A DNA stretch of 64,000 nucleotides from an uncultured Alphaproteobacteria bacterium. GTDB lineage: Bacteria; Pseudomonadota; Alphaproteobacteria; HIMB59; GCA-002718135. The DNA is taken from positions 23,203 through 87,202 of the forward strand of contig CACNUI010000001.1 in the NCBI GenBank assembly GCA_902623545.1, read 5' to 3'. How positions within the stretch are numbered: position 1 is the stretch's first letter; every line of letters begins with the position of its first letter. Below, one piece after another: positions 9,721-18,982 of this stretch. The translations under genes were made by a program, and so were the position numbers. Under the pieces are notes generated by a model. The model did not search any database and was not told the DNA's origin. It saw nothing but the letters and a program-made list of their open reading frames with translations.

Positions 9721-10827
9721 TTAACCTTCAAGTACTCTATTTCTTTGAGTAAAGAAAGCTGAGTCAGCTTTTTTCAACCAACCACTTATTTCATTTCTTG
9801 ATTTTTTAAAGCTTGCAAGAATTCTTCCAGTTAATTCATTACCTTCAGCAAGTTCTTCATACAGTTGTTCTGCTGCCTCACCCATTGCGTCGATAACATC
9901 TTCATTAAATTCTCTTAGCTCTACACCATGATCATTCACAAGTCTCTGCAACGCAGCTCCATTATTTGCATTATATTCAGTCAACATTCTTTCATTTTGA
10001 ACTGTTGAAGCATGCTCAATAATCATTTGATCTGTTTTGCTTAAACTTGTTAACCAAGATTTATTACAACCTAGTGTTATTAATGTTCCTGGTTCATGAC
10101 ATCCAGGCCAGTAATAATACTTTGCAGCTTCATAGAATCTTGATCTTTCATCATTCCATGGTCCTACCCATTCTGTTGCATCAATTGTTCCATTGATCAA
10201 GTTTTCATATATTTGTCCACCTGGTACACCTACAACAGATAAACCAAGTTTAGACATCATCATTCCACCTAATCCAGGAATTCTCATTTTAAGACCTTTG
10301 AAATCGTCCGGAGAATTAATTTCTTTATTAAACCATCCACCCATTTGTACACCTGAGTTTCCAGCCATAAAGTTTTTCAAACCAAATTCATCACCAAGTT
10401 CATCCCAAAGTTCTTGTCCACCACCATGTCGTATCCATCCATTGATTTCAGTTGCTATCATTCCAAAAGGAACTGCAGCAAAGAAACCCCAGCCTGGGTG
10501 TTGTCCAATCCAATAGTAGTCTGCACTATTATACATTTGGGCATTTCCAGATGTAACTTCTGTGAATACATCTAATGGTCCTACTCTTTCACCACCAGCA
10601 AAGTGATTTACAACAATACGACCATCACTTAAGTCTGATATTCTTTGAGAAACAGCTTCTGCGCCTGTACCTAATCCAGGATAGCCTCTACCCCAAGTAG
10701 CGACGCAGTTGACTTCTATTCTATCAGCTGCAATAGCTGGAGCTGGGAAAGATGAAACGGCTGTTGCAGCTGCTGCACCAATTCCTGCTTTTTTTAGGAA
10801 GTCACGTCTTTTAAAGTTTTTTTTCAT
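9721..10827 (-). CDS. dctP: TRAP substrate-binding protein (DctP/TakP-like), Tat-exported
   Basis: Twin-arginine RRDFLK signal; QMGGWFNKEI, GLKMRIPGLGG, IDATEWVGP, YYYWPGCHEPG; strong SD GGGAGGA. Confidence 0.93.
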   Translation of the reverse strand: MKKNFKRRDFLKKAGIGAAAATAVSSFPAPAIAADRIEVNCVATWGRGYPGLGTGAEAVSQRISDLSDGRIVVNHFAGGERVGPLDVFTEVTSGNAQMYNSADYYWIGQHPGWGFFAAVPFGMIATEINGWIRHGGGQELWDELGDEFGLKNFMAGNSGVQMGGWFNKEINSPDDFKGLKMRIPGLGGMMMSKLGLSVVGVPGGQIYENLINGTIDATEWVGPWNDERSRFYEAAKYYYWPGCHEPGTLITLGCNKSWLTSLSKTDQMIIEHASTVQNERMLTEYNANNGAALQRLVNDHGVELREFNEDVIDAMGEAAEQLYEELAEGNELTGRILASFKKSRNEISGWLKKADSAFFTQRNRVLEG

Positions 10828-10931
10828 ATGTCCTCCCGAGATAATATGAATTAATTAATTAATTTACTAATAGAACTATACAAAAATATAATATCTATCA
10901 ATTTCAAATCATATAAATAATAAGAAAATTA

Positions 10932-12107
10932 TTAAAAACTAGAAATTCCTGTCTGATTTTTCCCTAAAATTAGTGAATGAATATCTTCAGCACCTTCGTA
11001 CGTTTTAACTGTTTCTAAATTAACTAGATGTCTCATTACATGATACTCCTCAAGCAATCCGTTAGCTCCAAGCATATCTCTAGAATCTCTACAAATATCA
11101 AGTGCCTTTTGGCAATTATTCTTTTTTAAAATACTTATTGCATTAATAATTTCTTTACCATCATCTAAAGCTTTAGCAGTCAATAAACATGATGCTAGAC
11201 CAAGATTAATCTCAATTTGCATCTCAGATAATTTTTTTTGAATTAATTGATTAGATGCAAGTGGTTTTTTAAACATTATTCTATTTTCTACATACTCTTT
11301 TGCAATCATCCAACATTCAGTCGCTGCACCCAATACACCCCAACTAATTCCAAATCTTGCTTTATTTAAACAGCTGAATACTGATTTCCAACCATTTGTA
11401 TTCTCTAGAAGTGAGTCTTTAGGCACAAGAACATTATCTAAAATAATTTGTCCAGTCGGGCTAATTTTTAGACTTGTTTTATTTTCTATTTGAGATGTTT
11501 TTAATCCTTTAAAATTTTTTTCTAATATAAAACCTTTAATACTTTTGTAATCTTTTTTTTCCTCTAAAGCCCAAATTATAAATACATCTGCAATAGGTGC
11601 ATTCGTAATCCAATTCTTCGATCCACTTATAATATAACCATCATTAACTTCTTTGAAAGTAGTTTTCATAGATGAGGGGTCAGAACCTGCCTCACTTTCA
11701 GTTAATCCAAAACATCCAATTTTTCTTCCACTAATTAGTTCAGGCAAATATTTGTTTTTTTGATTTTCAGTTCCAAATTCATTTATTGGATGAATTACTA
11801 ATGAAGATTGAACAGATATTGAAGATCTGTAACTGCTATCAATTTTTTCAAATTCATAAGCTACTAGTCCGTATGCCAGATTTGAAGTAGAGGAACCACC
11901 GTGGGTTTTTAATGTTTGTCCTAAGACACCAAGATCACCAAATTTTGGATAAAGATCAATATTAAATTGATTTTTTCTATTCATTTCTATGACGTTAGGT
12001 TTTAATTCTTTTTCACAGAACTCCCTTACATTTTCTTGTATTCTTAGTTCATCTTCAGATAGATGAGATTGAATATAGAATGGGTCAAACCAATTATTTT
12101 GTTTCAT
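10932..12107 (-). CDS. gcdH: Glutaryl-CoA dehydrogenase-like acyl-CoA dehydrogenase
   Basis: DSSYRSSISVQSSLVIHPI, GCFGLTESEAGSDP, NLETVKTYEGAEDIHSLILG. Confidence 0.85.
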   Translation of the reverse strand: MKQNNWFDPFYIQSHLSEDELRIQENVREFCEKELKPNVIEMNRKNQFNIDLYPKFGDLGVLGQTLKTHGGSSTSNLAYGLVAYEFEKIDSSYRSSISVQSSLVIHPINEFGTENQKNKYLPELISGRKIGCFGLTESEAGSDPSSMKTTFKEVNDGYIISGSKNWITNAPIADVFIIWALEEKKDYKSIKGFILEKNFKGLKTSQIENKTSLKISPTGQIILDNVLVPKDSLLENTNGWKSVFSCLNKARFGISWGVLGAATECWMIAKEYVENRIMFKKPLASNQLIQKKLSEMQIEINLGLASCLLTAKALDDGKEIINAISILKKNNCQKALDICRDSRDMLGANGLLEEYHVMRHLVNLETVKTYEGAEDIHSLILGKNQTGISSF

Positions 12108-12158
12108 ACAATATTAGGCATTATCATTTTTTTAATGTAAATAATCATAAAATTAAAT

Positions 12159-12578
12159 ATGAAAAATAAAACAGTATATATTGCCTCAGATCACGCAGGA
12201 TTTAAGCTTAAGTCATGGTTACTAAAAATTTTCCCTAAGATAGCCGATTTAGGAACAAAGTCTGATGAAAGTGTTGACTATCCTGATTTTGCACACAAAT
12301 TAACTAAAGAAGTTCTTAAGAATAAGAAAAACATGGGTATTTTAATCTGTGGAACGGGGGTTGGAATGAGTATTGTGGCCAATAGAAAAAAAGGTATCAG
12401 GGCAGGTTTAGCAAACAATTCTAAAATAGCAAGATTGATAAGAAAGCACAATGATGCTAATGTACTCGTTTTACCAGGCAGGTTCATAAATACAAATGAA
12501 GCTAAAAAAAGCGTTCAGGCCTTTCTCTATACAAAGTTTGAGTCTGGGCGACATAAGAAAAGGATTAATAAAATATGA
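12159..12578 (+). CDS. rpiB: Ribose-5-phosphate isomerase B
   Basis: ASDHAG, SVDYPDFA, LICGTGVGMSIVAN, HNDANVL, FESGRH. Confidence 0.96.
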   Translation: MKNKTVYIASDHAGFKLKSWLLKIFPKIADLGTKSDESVDYPDFAHKLTKEVLKNKKNMGILICGTGVGMSIVANRKKGIRAGLANNSKIARLIRKHNDANVLVLPGRFINTNEAKKSVQAFLYTKFESGRHKKRINKI

Positions 12579-13864
12579 TATCAGATTTGTTTAAAAAAGG
12601 AATAAAGGAAGCAGACCCAGAAGTTTATGGTACATTAAGTAGGGAATTAGAGAGACAACAAAACCAAATAGAATTAATTGCATCAGAAAATATTGCCTCA
12701 AGATCTATTTTAAATGCTCAAGGTTCAGTAATGACAAATAAATATGCTGAAGGATATCCTGGTAAAAGATATTATGGGGGTTGTGAGTTTGTTGATCAAG
12801 CTGAAGAGATTGCATTAGAAAGAGTAAAGAAACTTTTTAATTGTCAATATGCAAATCTGCAACCACATAGTGGTGCCCAAGCAAATCAAGCAGTATTTCT
12901 AGCACTACTTCAGCCACATGATACAATATTAGGAATGTCACTTGCTTCTGGCGGACATTTAACTCATGGTGCTAAACCTAATCTATCAGGTAAATGGTTT
13001 AATGCAGTGCAGTATGGTGTAAAAAAAGATGGTAACGACAAAGATTTAATTGATTATGATGAAGTCGAGGCTTTAGCTCTTGAACATAAACCAAAAATGT
13101 TAATAGCTGGTGCATCTGCTTATCCAAGAGTGATAGATTGGAAGAGGTTTAGAGATATTGCTGATAAAGTTGGGGCTTATTTTTTAGTAGATATGGCTCA
13201 TTACTCAGGCCTGGTTGCTGGAAAACAATATCCAAATCCAATAGAGCACGCTCATGTAGTTACATCCACTACTCATAAGACTTTAAGAGGTGCAAGAAGT
13301 GCAATGATACTAACAAATCATGAAGATTTATACAAAAAAATAAACTCGGCAGTATTTCCTGGATTACAAGGTGGCCCATTAATGCATATAATTGCAGCCA
13401 GAGCTGTATGCTTCGGTGAAGCTCTAAAGCCTGAATTCGAAGATTACATAAAGAATGTCATAGCTAGTGCAAAAGTAATGTCTCAAACTCTTGTAGAAAG
13501 AGGATTTAGGATTGTAACTGGTGGGACTGACTCTCATATAGTGTGGTTGGATTTAACACCAAAAGGATTAACTGGAGATAAGGCTGAAAAAATTTTAGAG
13601 GAAGTAGGACTTGCATGTAATAAAAATGCTATCCCTTATGATCCAAATCCACCAAAAGTGACAAGTGGACTTAGATTTGGTACTGCTGCAGCAACCACAA
13701 GAGGTTTTAATCAGGATGACTTCAAGAAGGTTGCAAATATGATTTCTAATATACTCGATAGCCTACTACTAACAGAGAATGAAAGAGAAGAAGTTTTTAA
13801 AAAGACTAGGAAGGACGTAATTGAACTTTGCAGTAAATATCCAATTTATGATGAGGCATTCTAA
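12575..13864 (+). CDS. glyA: Serine hydroxymethyltransferase
   Basis: LIASEN, NKYAEGYPGKRYYGGC, PLP lysine motif TSTTHKTLRG. Confidence 0.98.
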   Translation: MISDLFKKGIKEADPEVYGTLSRELERQQNQIELIASENIASRSILNAQGSVMTNKYAEGYPGKRYYGGCEFVDQAEEIALERVKKLFNCQYANLQPHSGAQANQAVFLALLQPHDTILGMSLASGGHLTHGAKPNLSGKWFNAVQYGVKKDGNDKDLIDYDEVEALALEHKPKMLIAGASAYPRVIDWKRFRDIADKVGAYFLVDMAHYSGLVAGKQYPNPIEHAHVVTSTTHKTLRGARSAMILTNHEDLYKKINSAVFPGLQGGPLMHIIAARAVCFGEALKPEFEDYIKNVIASAKVMSQTLVERGFRIVTGGTDSHIVWLDLTPKGLTGDKAEKILEEVGLACNKNAIPYDPNPPKVTSGLRFGTAAATTRGFNQDDFKKVANMISNILDSLLLTENEREEVFKKTRKDVIELCSKYPIYDEAF

Positions 13865-14317
13865 ATGAGATGCCCCTTCTGTAGTAATGAAGATACCCAA
13901 GTAAAAGACTCAAGACCTACAGAAGATAACACTTCAATTAGAAGAAGAAGAATATGTGATCAATGTGGTTCTAGATTTACTACTTTTGAGAGAATTCAAC
14001 TTAGAGACCTGGTAGTTGTTAAAAGTACAGGTCAAAAGGAAAATTTCGACAGAGATAAAATGTTTAGAGCTTTGTCCCTTGCTCTTAGAAAAAGGAGCAT
14101 TGATAATGAAAAAATAGAGAAAATTGTAAATGCTATTGTAAGAAAACTTGAAAATTCAGGTGAGACAGAAATAAAATCCAGTATTATTGGTCAATACATT
14201 ATGGAAGCTTTAAAGCATTTAGATCAGGTTGCTTATGTTCGTTTTGCATCAGTATATAAAAATTTTAGAGAAGCAAAAGACTTTGAGGATTTTTTAGGTA
14301 ATTTAGAAGATAAATAA
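13865..14317 (+). CDS. nrdR: Transcriptional repressor NrdR
   Basis: MRCPFC...VKDSR...[15 protein letters not shown] zinc ribbon plus ATP cone, [10 protein letters not shown]. Confidence 0.97.
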   Translation: MRCPFCSNEDTQVKDSRPTEDNTSIRRRRICDQCGSRFTTFERIQLRDLVVVKSTGQKENFDRDKMFRALSLALRKRSIDNEKIEKIVNAIVRKLENSGETEIKSSIIGQYIMEALKHLDQVAYVRFASVYKNFREAKDFEDFLGNLEDK

Positions 14318-14323
14318 ACCTTT

Positions 14324-15406
14324 GTGTCACAAATAAATTTAAAAATGATTAATTTAGCTCATAATATTGCTAAAAAAAAATATGGTCAAACATTCCCTAA
14401 TCCTACTGTGGGCTGTGTAATTGCCAAAAATTCAAAAATAATTTCTAAAGCTGTAACAAATAAATCTGGAAGGCCTCATGCTGAAGAAATAGCTCTAGCT
14501 AAAGCTGGTTATAAAGCTAAAGGAGCTTCCATGTATGTCACTTTAGAGCCTTGTTTTCATAGTTCAAAAAATGGATCATGCACAGATCAAATATTAAGGT
14601 CTGGAATTAAAGAAATATTTATATCTGCAGCTGACCCAGATGTTAGAACAAATTATAAAAGTATTAAAAAGTTAAAAAAAAACAATGTAATTGTAAATGT
14701 TGGCTTAGAAAAAAATAAAACATACAATTTAAATAAATTTTTTTTTAAAAGTACTTTCAAGAAAAAACCATTTACAAAAGTTAAAATTGCAATCTCAGCA
14801 GATGAAAAAATTGCATGGAGTGATTATAAAAGTAAATGGATATCTAATAAAATGAGTAGAGAATATGCTCATAAGCTGAGATCAATGAGTCAAGCTATTT
14901 TAACAACTTCTAAAACTGTAATAAAAGATGATCCGAGATTAACTGTAAGATTAAAAAAAACTTTAGAGCATCACATTCCAATTATAATAATTGATAATAA
15001 TCTCAAAATTCCAATGAAATCTAAAATCTTAAAAGATATTTCTAAAAAAAGAATAATTATCTTTACTTCAAAAAAAAATAAAAAATCTGAAAATTTAATT
15101 AAATTAGGATGTGAAATTATTTTTTGTAAATTAAATAAAAATAAAAAACTTAATTTAAAAAGTATTTTTAACAAGATATACTCATTGAAAATATCTGATA
15201 TGTTAGTTGAGGCAGGAGGTATTTTATTTACAGAATTATTAAATAATAATTTAGTAGACGAAATTCATTTATTTAAATCTAAAATTATTATAGGTAAACA
15301 TGGCAAACCAGCAGTTGTTGGCAAAAAACTTAATCAACTAAATGTTACTTTAAATGAAAGAAAAAATTTTAAAAATGATATATATACAAACTATCAGGTA
15401 AATTGA
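14324..15406 (+). CDS. ribD: Bifunctional riboflavin deaminase/reductase
   Basis: PNPTVGCVI, PHAE, TLEPCFH...SCT, DDPRLTVR, LVEAGG; GTG start. Confidence 0.94.
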   Translation: MSQINLKMINLAHNIAKKKYGQTFPNPTVGCVIAKNSKIISKAVTNKSGRPHAEEIALAKAGYKAKGASMYVTLEPCFHSSKNGSCTDQILRSGIKEIFISAADPDVRTNYKSIKKLKKNNVIVNVGLEKNKTYNLNKFFFKSTFKKKPFTKVKIAISADEKIAWSDYKSKWISNKMSREYAHKLRSMSQAILTTSKTVIKDDPRLTVRLKKTLEHHIPIIIIDNNLKIPMKSKILKDISKKRIIIFTSKKNKKSENLIKLGCEIIFCKLNKNKKLNLKSIFNKIYSLKISDMLVEAGGILFTELLNNNLVDEIHLFKSKIIIGKHGKPAVVGKKLNQLNVTLNERKNFKNDIYTNYQVN

Positions 15407-15996
15407 TGTTTACAGGTATTATTCAAGATTTAGGCACAATTAACACAATGCAAGAGGGTCTTTATAAAATATCTACAAATCTTGATTTGAGTAAATGCAA
15501 GGAAGGATCTTCAATTTCTTGTAATGGAGTCTGCCTTACAGCAAAAAATATAACTCAAAAAGACAATAAATCATTTAGCTTTGAGGTGAACATTGGAGAA
15601 GAATCCTTGAAAAGAACAAATCTAGCTAATTCTATTTTCAAAAATGAAAAAATTAATTTGGAAAAATCTCTTCAGATAGGGGATGAAATCAGTGGTCACT
15701 TTGTATATGGTCATGTTGACACTACTACTACTGTAAGTGAAATTTTAGAACTTGAAAATAGTTGGGAATATCATTTTGAAAAAAATTTTAATAAAAACAA
15801 CAAATTTATTGTAGAAAAAGGATCAATTTCAATAAATGGTATTTCTTTAACAGTGGCAAAAGTAGAAAGTAATACTTTTATGATTTCTGTAATAGATCAT
15901 ACATTTAATCAAACTAATTTAAAGTTTTTAAATAAAAGTGATCAAGTAAATATTGAATTTGATTATCTTGCACGTTTCATTCTTAATAATGAATAA
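15406..15996 (+). CDS. ribE: Riboflavin synthase (alpha chain)
   Basis: N-terminal MFTGIIQ, SISCNGVCLT, GHFVYGHVD, KGSISINGISLTV; TGATG coupling with ribD. Confidence 0.95.
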   Translation: MFTGIIQDLGTINTMQEGLYKISTNLDLSKCKEGSSISCNGVCLTAKNITQKDNKSFSFEVNIGEESLKRTNLANSIFKNEKINLEKSLQIGDEISGHFVYGHVDTTTTVSEILELENSWEYHFEKNFNKNNKFIVEKGSISINGISLTVAKVESNTFMISVIDHTFNQTNLKFLNKSDQVNIEFDYLARFILNNE

Positions 15997-17092
15997 AGAT
16001 AATATCAAAGAGAATCTTTCTTCTATTGAAGAAATTATAGAAGATGCAAGAAATGGTAAAATGTATATTCTTGTTGATGATCCCGATAGAGAAAATGAAG
16101 GTGATCTAATTATTCCTGCTCAATATGCCAACCCTCAAGCTATTAACTTTATGGCAAAACATGGCAGAGGATTAATTTGTTTAGCATTAACTAAGGAAAG
16201 AATAGAAGAATTGGAACTTCCTTTAATGAACCCAAACAATATAAAAAATGATTTAACTGCCTTTACTGTTTCTATTGAGGCAAAAGAAGGAGTAACAACT
16301 GGAATTTCTGCAGCTGATAGGGCTCATACTATATCAGTAGCTGTAAATAATAATAAAAACAAAAACGATCTCGTTTACCCTGGACATGTTTTTCCTCTTA
16401 TGGCTTGGGATGGGGGAGTATTAGTGCGTGCTGGTCATACAGAAGCAGCAGTTGATATTTCAAAACTTGCTGACCTAAATCCTTCTGGAGTTATTTGTGA
16501 AATAATGAGCGAAGATGGGTCAATGGCTAGATTGCCAGAAATTATTAACTTTGCAAAATTTCATAATTTGAAAGTTGGTACTGTTAGTGATTTAATTAAA
16601 TTTAGGCTTAAAAAAACTAAAATTGTGAAACAGATCTCTGAAAGACCATTTGAAAGTGAGATGGGTTCCCAATTTACTTTAAAAGTTTTTCAAAATACCA
16701 TTTCTGGTGAAGAGCATTATGCTCTTGCAAAAAACCTTAATGAAGAAAAAAATCCTGTGCTTGTTAGAATGCACAGACTGAATGTTACAAAGGATATATT
16801 TGAAGAAAAAAATATTTTTGGAAGTGAAATTAAGTCTGCCTTTCAGCTTATTGAGAAGAAAGGATGTGGTGCTATAGTTTTAATAAATAGTGACATGTCA
16901 CCAAATATACTAAAAACTTTTAATAAAAGAAAAAGATCAACTAATAAATTAGAACTAAGAGAATATGGTGTAGGCGCTCAAATTTTATCATTACTTCAAA
17001 TAAATAAAATTATATTATTAACAAATAGTAAGAAAAGAATTATTGCCCTGGATGGATTTAATATTGAAATAATTGATCAGAAAAAAATATGA
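15989..17092 (+). CDS. ribB: DHBP synthase RibB fused to a degenerate GTP cyclohydrolase II domain (RibBX-type)
   Basis: DDPDRENEGD, TTGISAADR, RAGHTEA, GVICEI; the C-domain keeps VRMH and LREYGVGAQIL but has no Zn-binding Cys; probable start is ATG 15989. Confidence 0.92.
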   Translation: MNKDNIKENLSSIEEIIEDARNGKMYILVDDPDRENEGDLIIPAQYANPQAINFMAKHGRGLICLALTKERIEELELPLMNPNNIKNDLTAFTVSIEAKEGVTTGISAADRAHTISVAVNNNKNKNDLVYPGHVFPLMAWDGGVLVRAGHTEAAVDISKLADLNPSGVICEIMSEDGSMARLPEIINFAKFHNLKVGTVSDLIKFRLKKTKIVKQISERPFESEMGSQFTLKVFQNTISGEEHYALAKNLNEEKNPVLVRMHRLNVTKDIFEEKNIFGSEIKSAFQLIEKKGCGAIVLINSDMSPNILKTFNKRKRSTNKLELREYGVGAQILSLLQINKIILLTNSKKRIIALDGFNIEIIDQKKI

Positions 17093-17490
17093 ATAATAAA
17101 ATTCTAATAGTTTCAGCAAATTACTATAAAGAAATATCGAAAAATCTTGAGTTAGGTGCAATCAATACTCTTAAAGAAAATGGCTATGAATATGAAGTTA
17201 TTAACGCACCGGGTTGTTTCGAAATTCCTTATTTAATTAAAAAAAATATTGATAATTATAAAGGATTTATATCTTTAGGGTGTATTATTAAAGGTGACAC
17301 ATATCATTTTGAAGTCATTGCGAATGAAACTTCTAGAAAAATTATGGATATATCTGTCGATTTTCATGTTCCAATTGGATTTGGTATTTTGGCTTGTTAC
17401 GATTTAGAGCAAGCAATAATAAGAAGTGATATTAATCAAAAAAATAAAGGTCAAGAAGCCGCATTAGCTTGCTTAGAGTTATTGAAATAA
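17089..17490 (+). CDS. ribH: Lumazine synthase
   Basis: APGCFEIP, LGCIIKGDTYHFE, PIGFGIL, NKGQEAA. Confidence 0.94.
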   Translation: MNNKILIVSANYYKEISKNLELGAINTLKENGYEYEVINAPGCFEIPYLIKKNIDNYKGFISLGCIIKGDTYHFEVIANETSRKIMDISVDFHVPIGFGILACYDLEQAIIRSDINQKNKGQEAALACLELLK

Positions 17491-17493
17491 AAA

Positions 17494-17964
17494 ATGCAAA
17501 ATTTTATCAAGTCACAAACAAGGCTTGCATTTGTTCAATATATTTTTCAGAATGAATTCTTACAGACAGATACACTAGAAAGTATCGATGATTTTCAAAA
17601 GCATTTTTATGATACTAATATTGCTACGATTAATCAGAAGAAAGAAATTAAGCTTAAATTTAATAAAAATTTTTTAAATAAGCTTTTTTCTAGTCTTAAA
17701 AACAATATTGATAAAAAAAATATTATTGAAGATTTAAATGGTTTTATCGATATTAATCGTAAATTTGAAAAATGGGATAAAATTTTAAAATCGATAATAT
17801 TTGCAATAATTGCCGAATTATTAATTACTGAAAAAAATAAAGTTAAAATTGTTTTTAATGATTACTTAAATATTAGTAAAAGTCTTATTTCTCAAAAAGA
17901 AACTAAATTAGTTAATGCCATAATTCAAAAATATATAGATAAAAATGAAATTATTAAAAAGTAA
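17494..17964 (+). CDS. nusB: Transcription antitermination factor NusB (divergent)
   Basis: Position between ribH and thiL; RLAFVQYIFQ, IVFNDYLNISK, KLVNAII. Confidence 0.75.
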   Translation: MQNFIKSQTRLAFVQYIFQNEFLQTDTLESIDDFQKHFYDTNIATINQKKEIKLKFNKNFLNKLFSSLKNNIDKKNIIEDLNGFIDINRKFEKWDKILKSIIFAIIAELLITEKNKVKIVFNDYLNISKSLISQKETKLVNAIIQKYIDKNEIIKK

Positions 17965-18925
17965 TTTATCTGAAAAATTAATAATTAATAAATATTTAAA
18001 AAAATTAAATTTTAAAAAAAAGGGAACATTTGATTTTGAAAATGATGGAGCATATTTAGACTTAAAAAATAAAAATTATAAACTTACTGTTACAACTGAT
18101 AATATTTCTGAGGATATAGATTTTTTTTCTAATGATGACCCTAAGTCAATAGCCCAAAAAATTACAACTGTAAATTTATCTGACATCTTTGCAATGGGAG
18201 CTTTGCCTCATTCTTATCTTTTGAATTTGTATTTGCCAAAACATATTAATGAAAATTGGTTAAATTCTTTTTCAAATCAATTGAAGAGAATACAAAATAA
18301 ATATGGATTTTATCTTTTGGGTGGTGATTTATCAAAATCAAACAAACTTATCGTTTCTTCAACTTTTTTTGGATCTATAAAAAAGAAATTAGAAATATTT
18401 CAAAATAGATTTAATTTACACGATGATATATTAATAACTGGGAATATTGGCGAGTCAAAAATTGGTCTAGAAATTTTAAAAAAAAAAATTTCTTCAAATA
18501 AAAATTTGAGACAATATTTTATTAAAAAATATTTATATCCCATACCTTGTAAACTTGGACCATTGATTGCAAATCATGTTAATTCAATGAAAGATATTTC
18601 TGATGGTCTGATTGGGGATCTAACTGATATGTTAAATGATAAATATGGTGCATTAATTAATGTAAATAAAATTCCATTAAGTGTTAAAACAAAAAAAATT
18701 CTCAACAATAAAAATAATTTTAGATTAGAAGACATCTTAAATGCTGGTGATGATTATGGACTGATAATCATATCTAGTGAAAAAAATAGAAATAAAATTT
18801 TAAGTATAGCTAATAAAAATAATATTAATGTTACTCTGATAGGAAAAATAATAAGTGAAAAAGGAATTCATTTCGATTCACATTTAGACATGAAGAATAT
18901 CAAGAAATTTGATCATTTCTCCTAA
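17945..18925 (+). CDS. thiL: Thiamine-monophosphate kinase
   Basis: VNLSDIFAMGA, LGGDL, DISDGLIGDL, AGDDYGL. Confidence 0.9.
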   Translation: MKLLKSNLSEKLIINKYLKKLNFKKKGTFDFENDGAYLDLKNKNYKLTVTTDNISEDIDFFSNDDPKSIAQKITTVNLSDIFAMGALPHSYLLNLYLPKHINENWLNSFSNQLKRIQNKYGFYLLGGDLSKSNKLIVSSTFFGSIKKKLEIFQNRFNLHDDILITGNIGESKIGLEILKKKISSNKNLRQYFIKKYLYPIPCKLGPLIANHVNSMKDISDGLIGDLTDMLNDKYGALINVNKIPLSVKTKKILNNKNNFRLEDILNAGDDYGLIIISSEKNRNKILSIANKNNINVTLIGKIISEKGIHFDSHLDMKNIKKFDHFS

Positions 18926-18982
18926 AAACTTGATTTTTTCTATAGTTTCTGTCATATCACCCAAAATTTTAAGGAGTTTTCA

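Noticed and set aside
7387..10516. Plus-strand ORFs inside the TRAP genes (7387, 8353, 10193)
   Set aside because: Antisense shadows of well-supported genes, arising from codon bias.
10849..10864. Tandem AATT/TTAA run upstream of dctP as an operator or repeat element
   Set aside because: Low-complexity AT sequence that cannot be distinguished from background.
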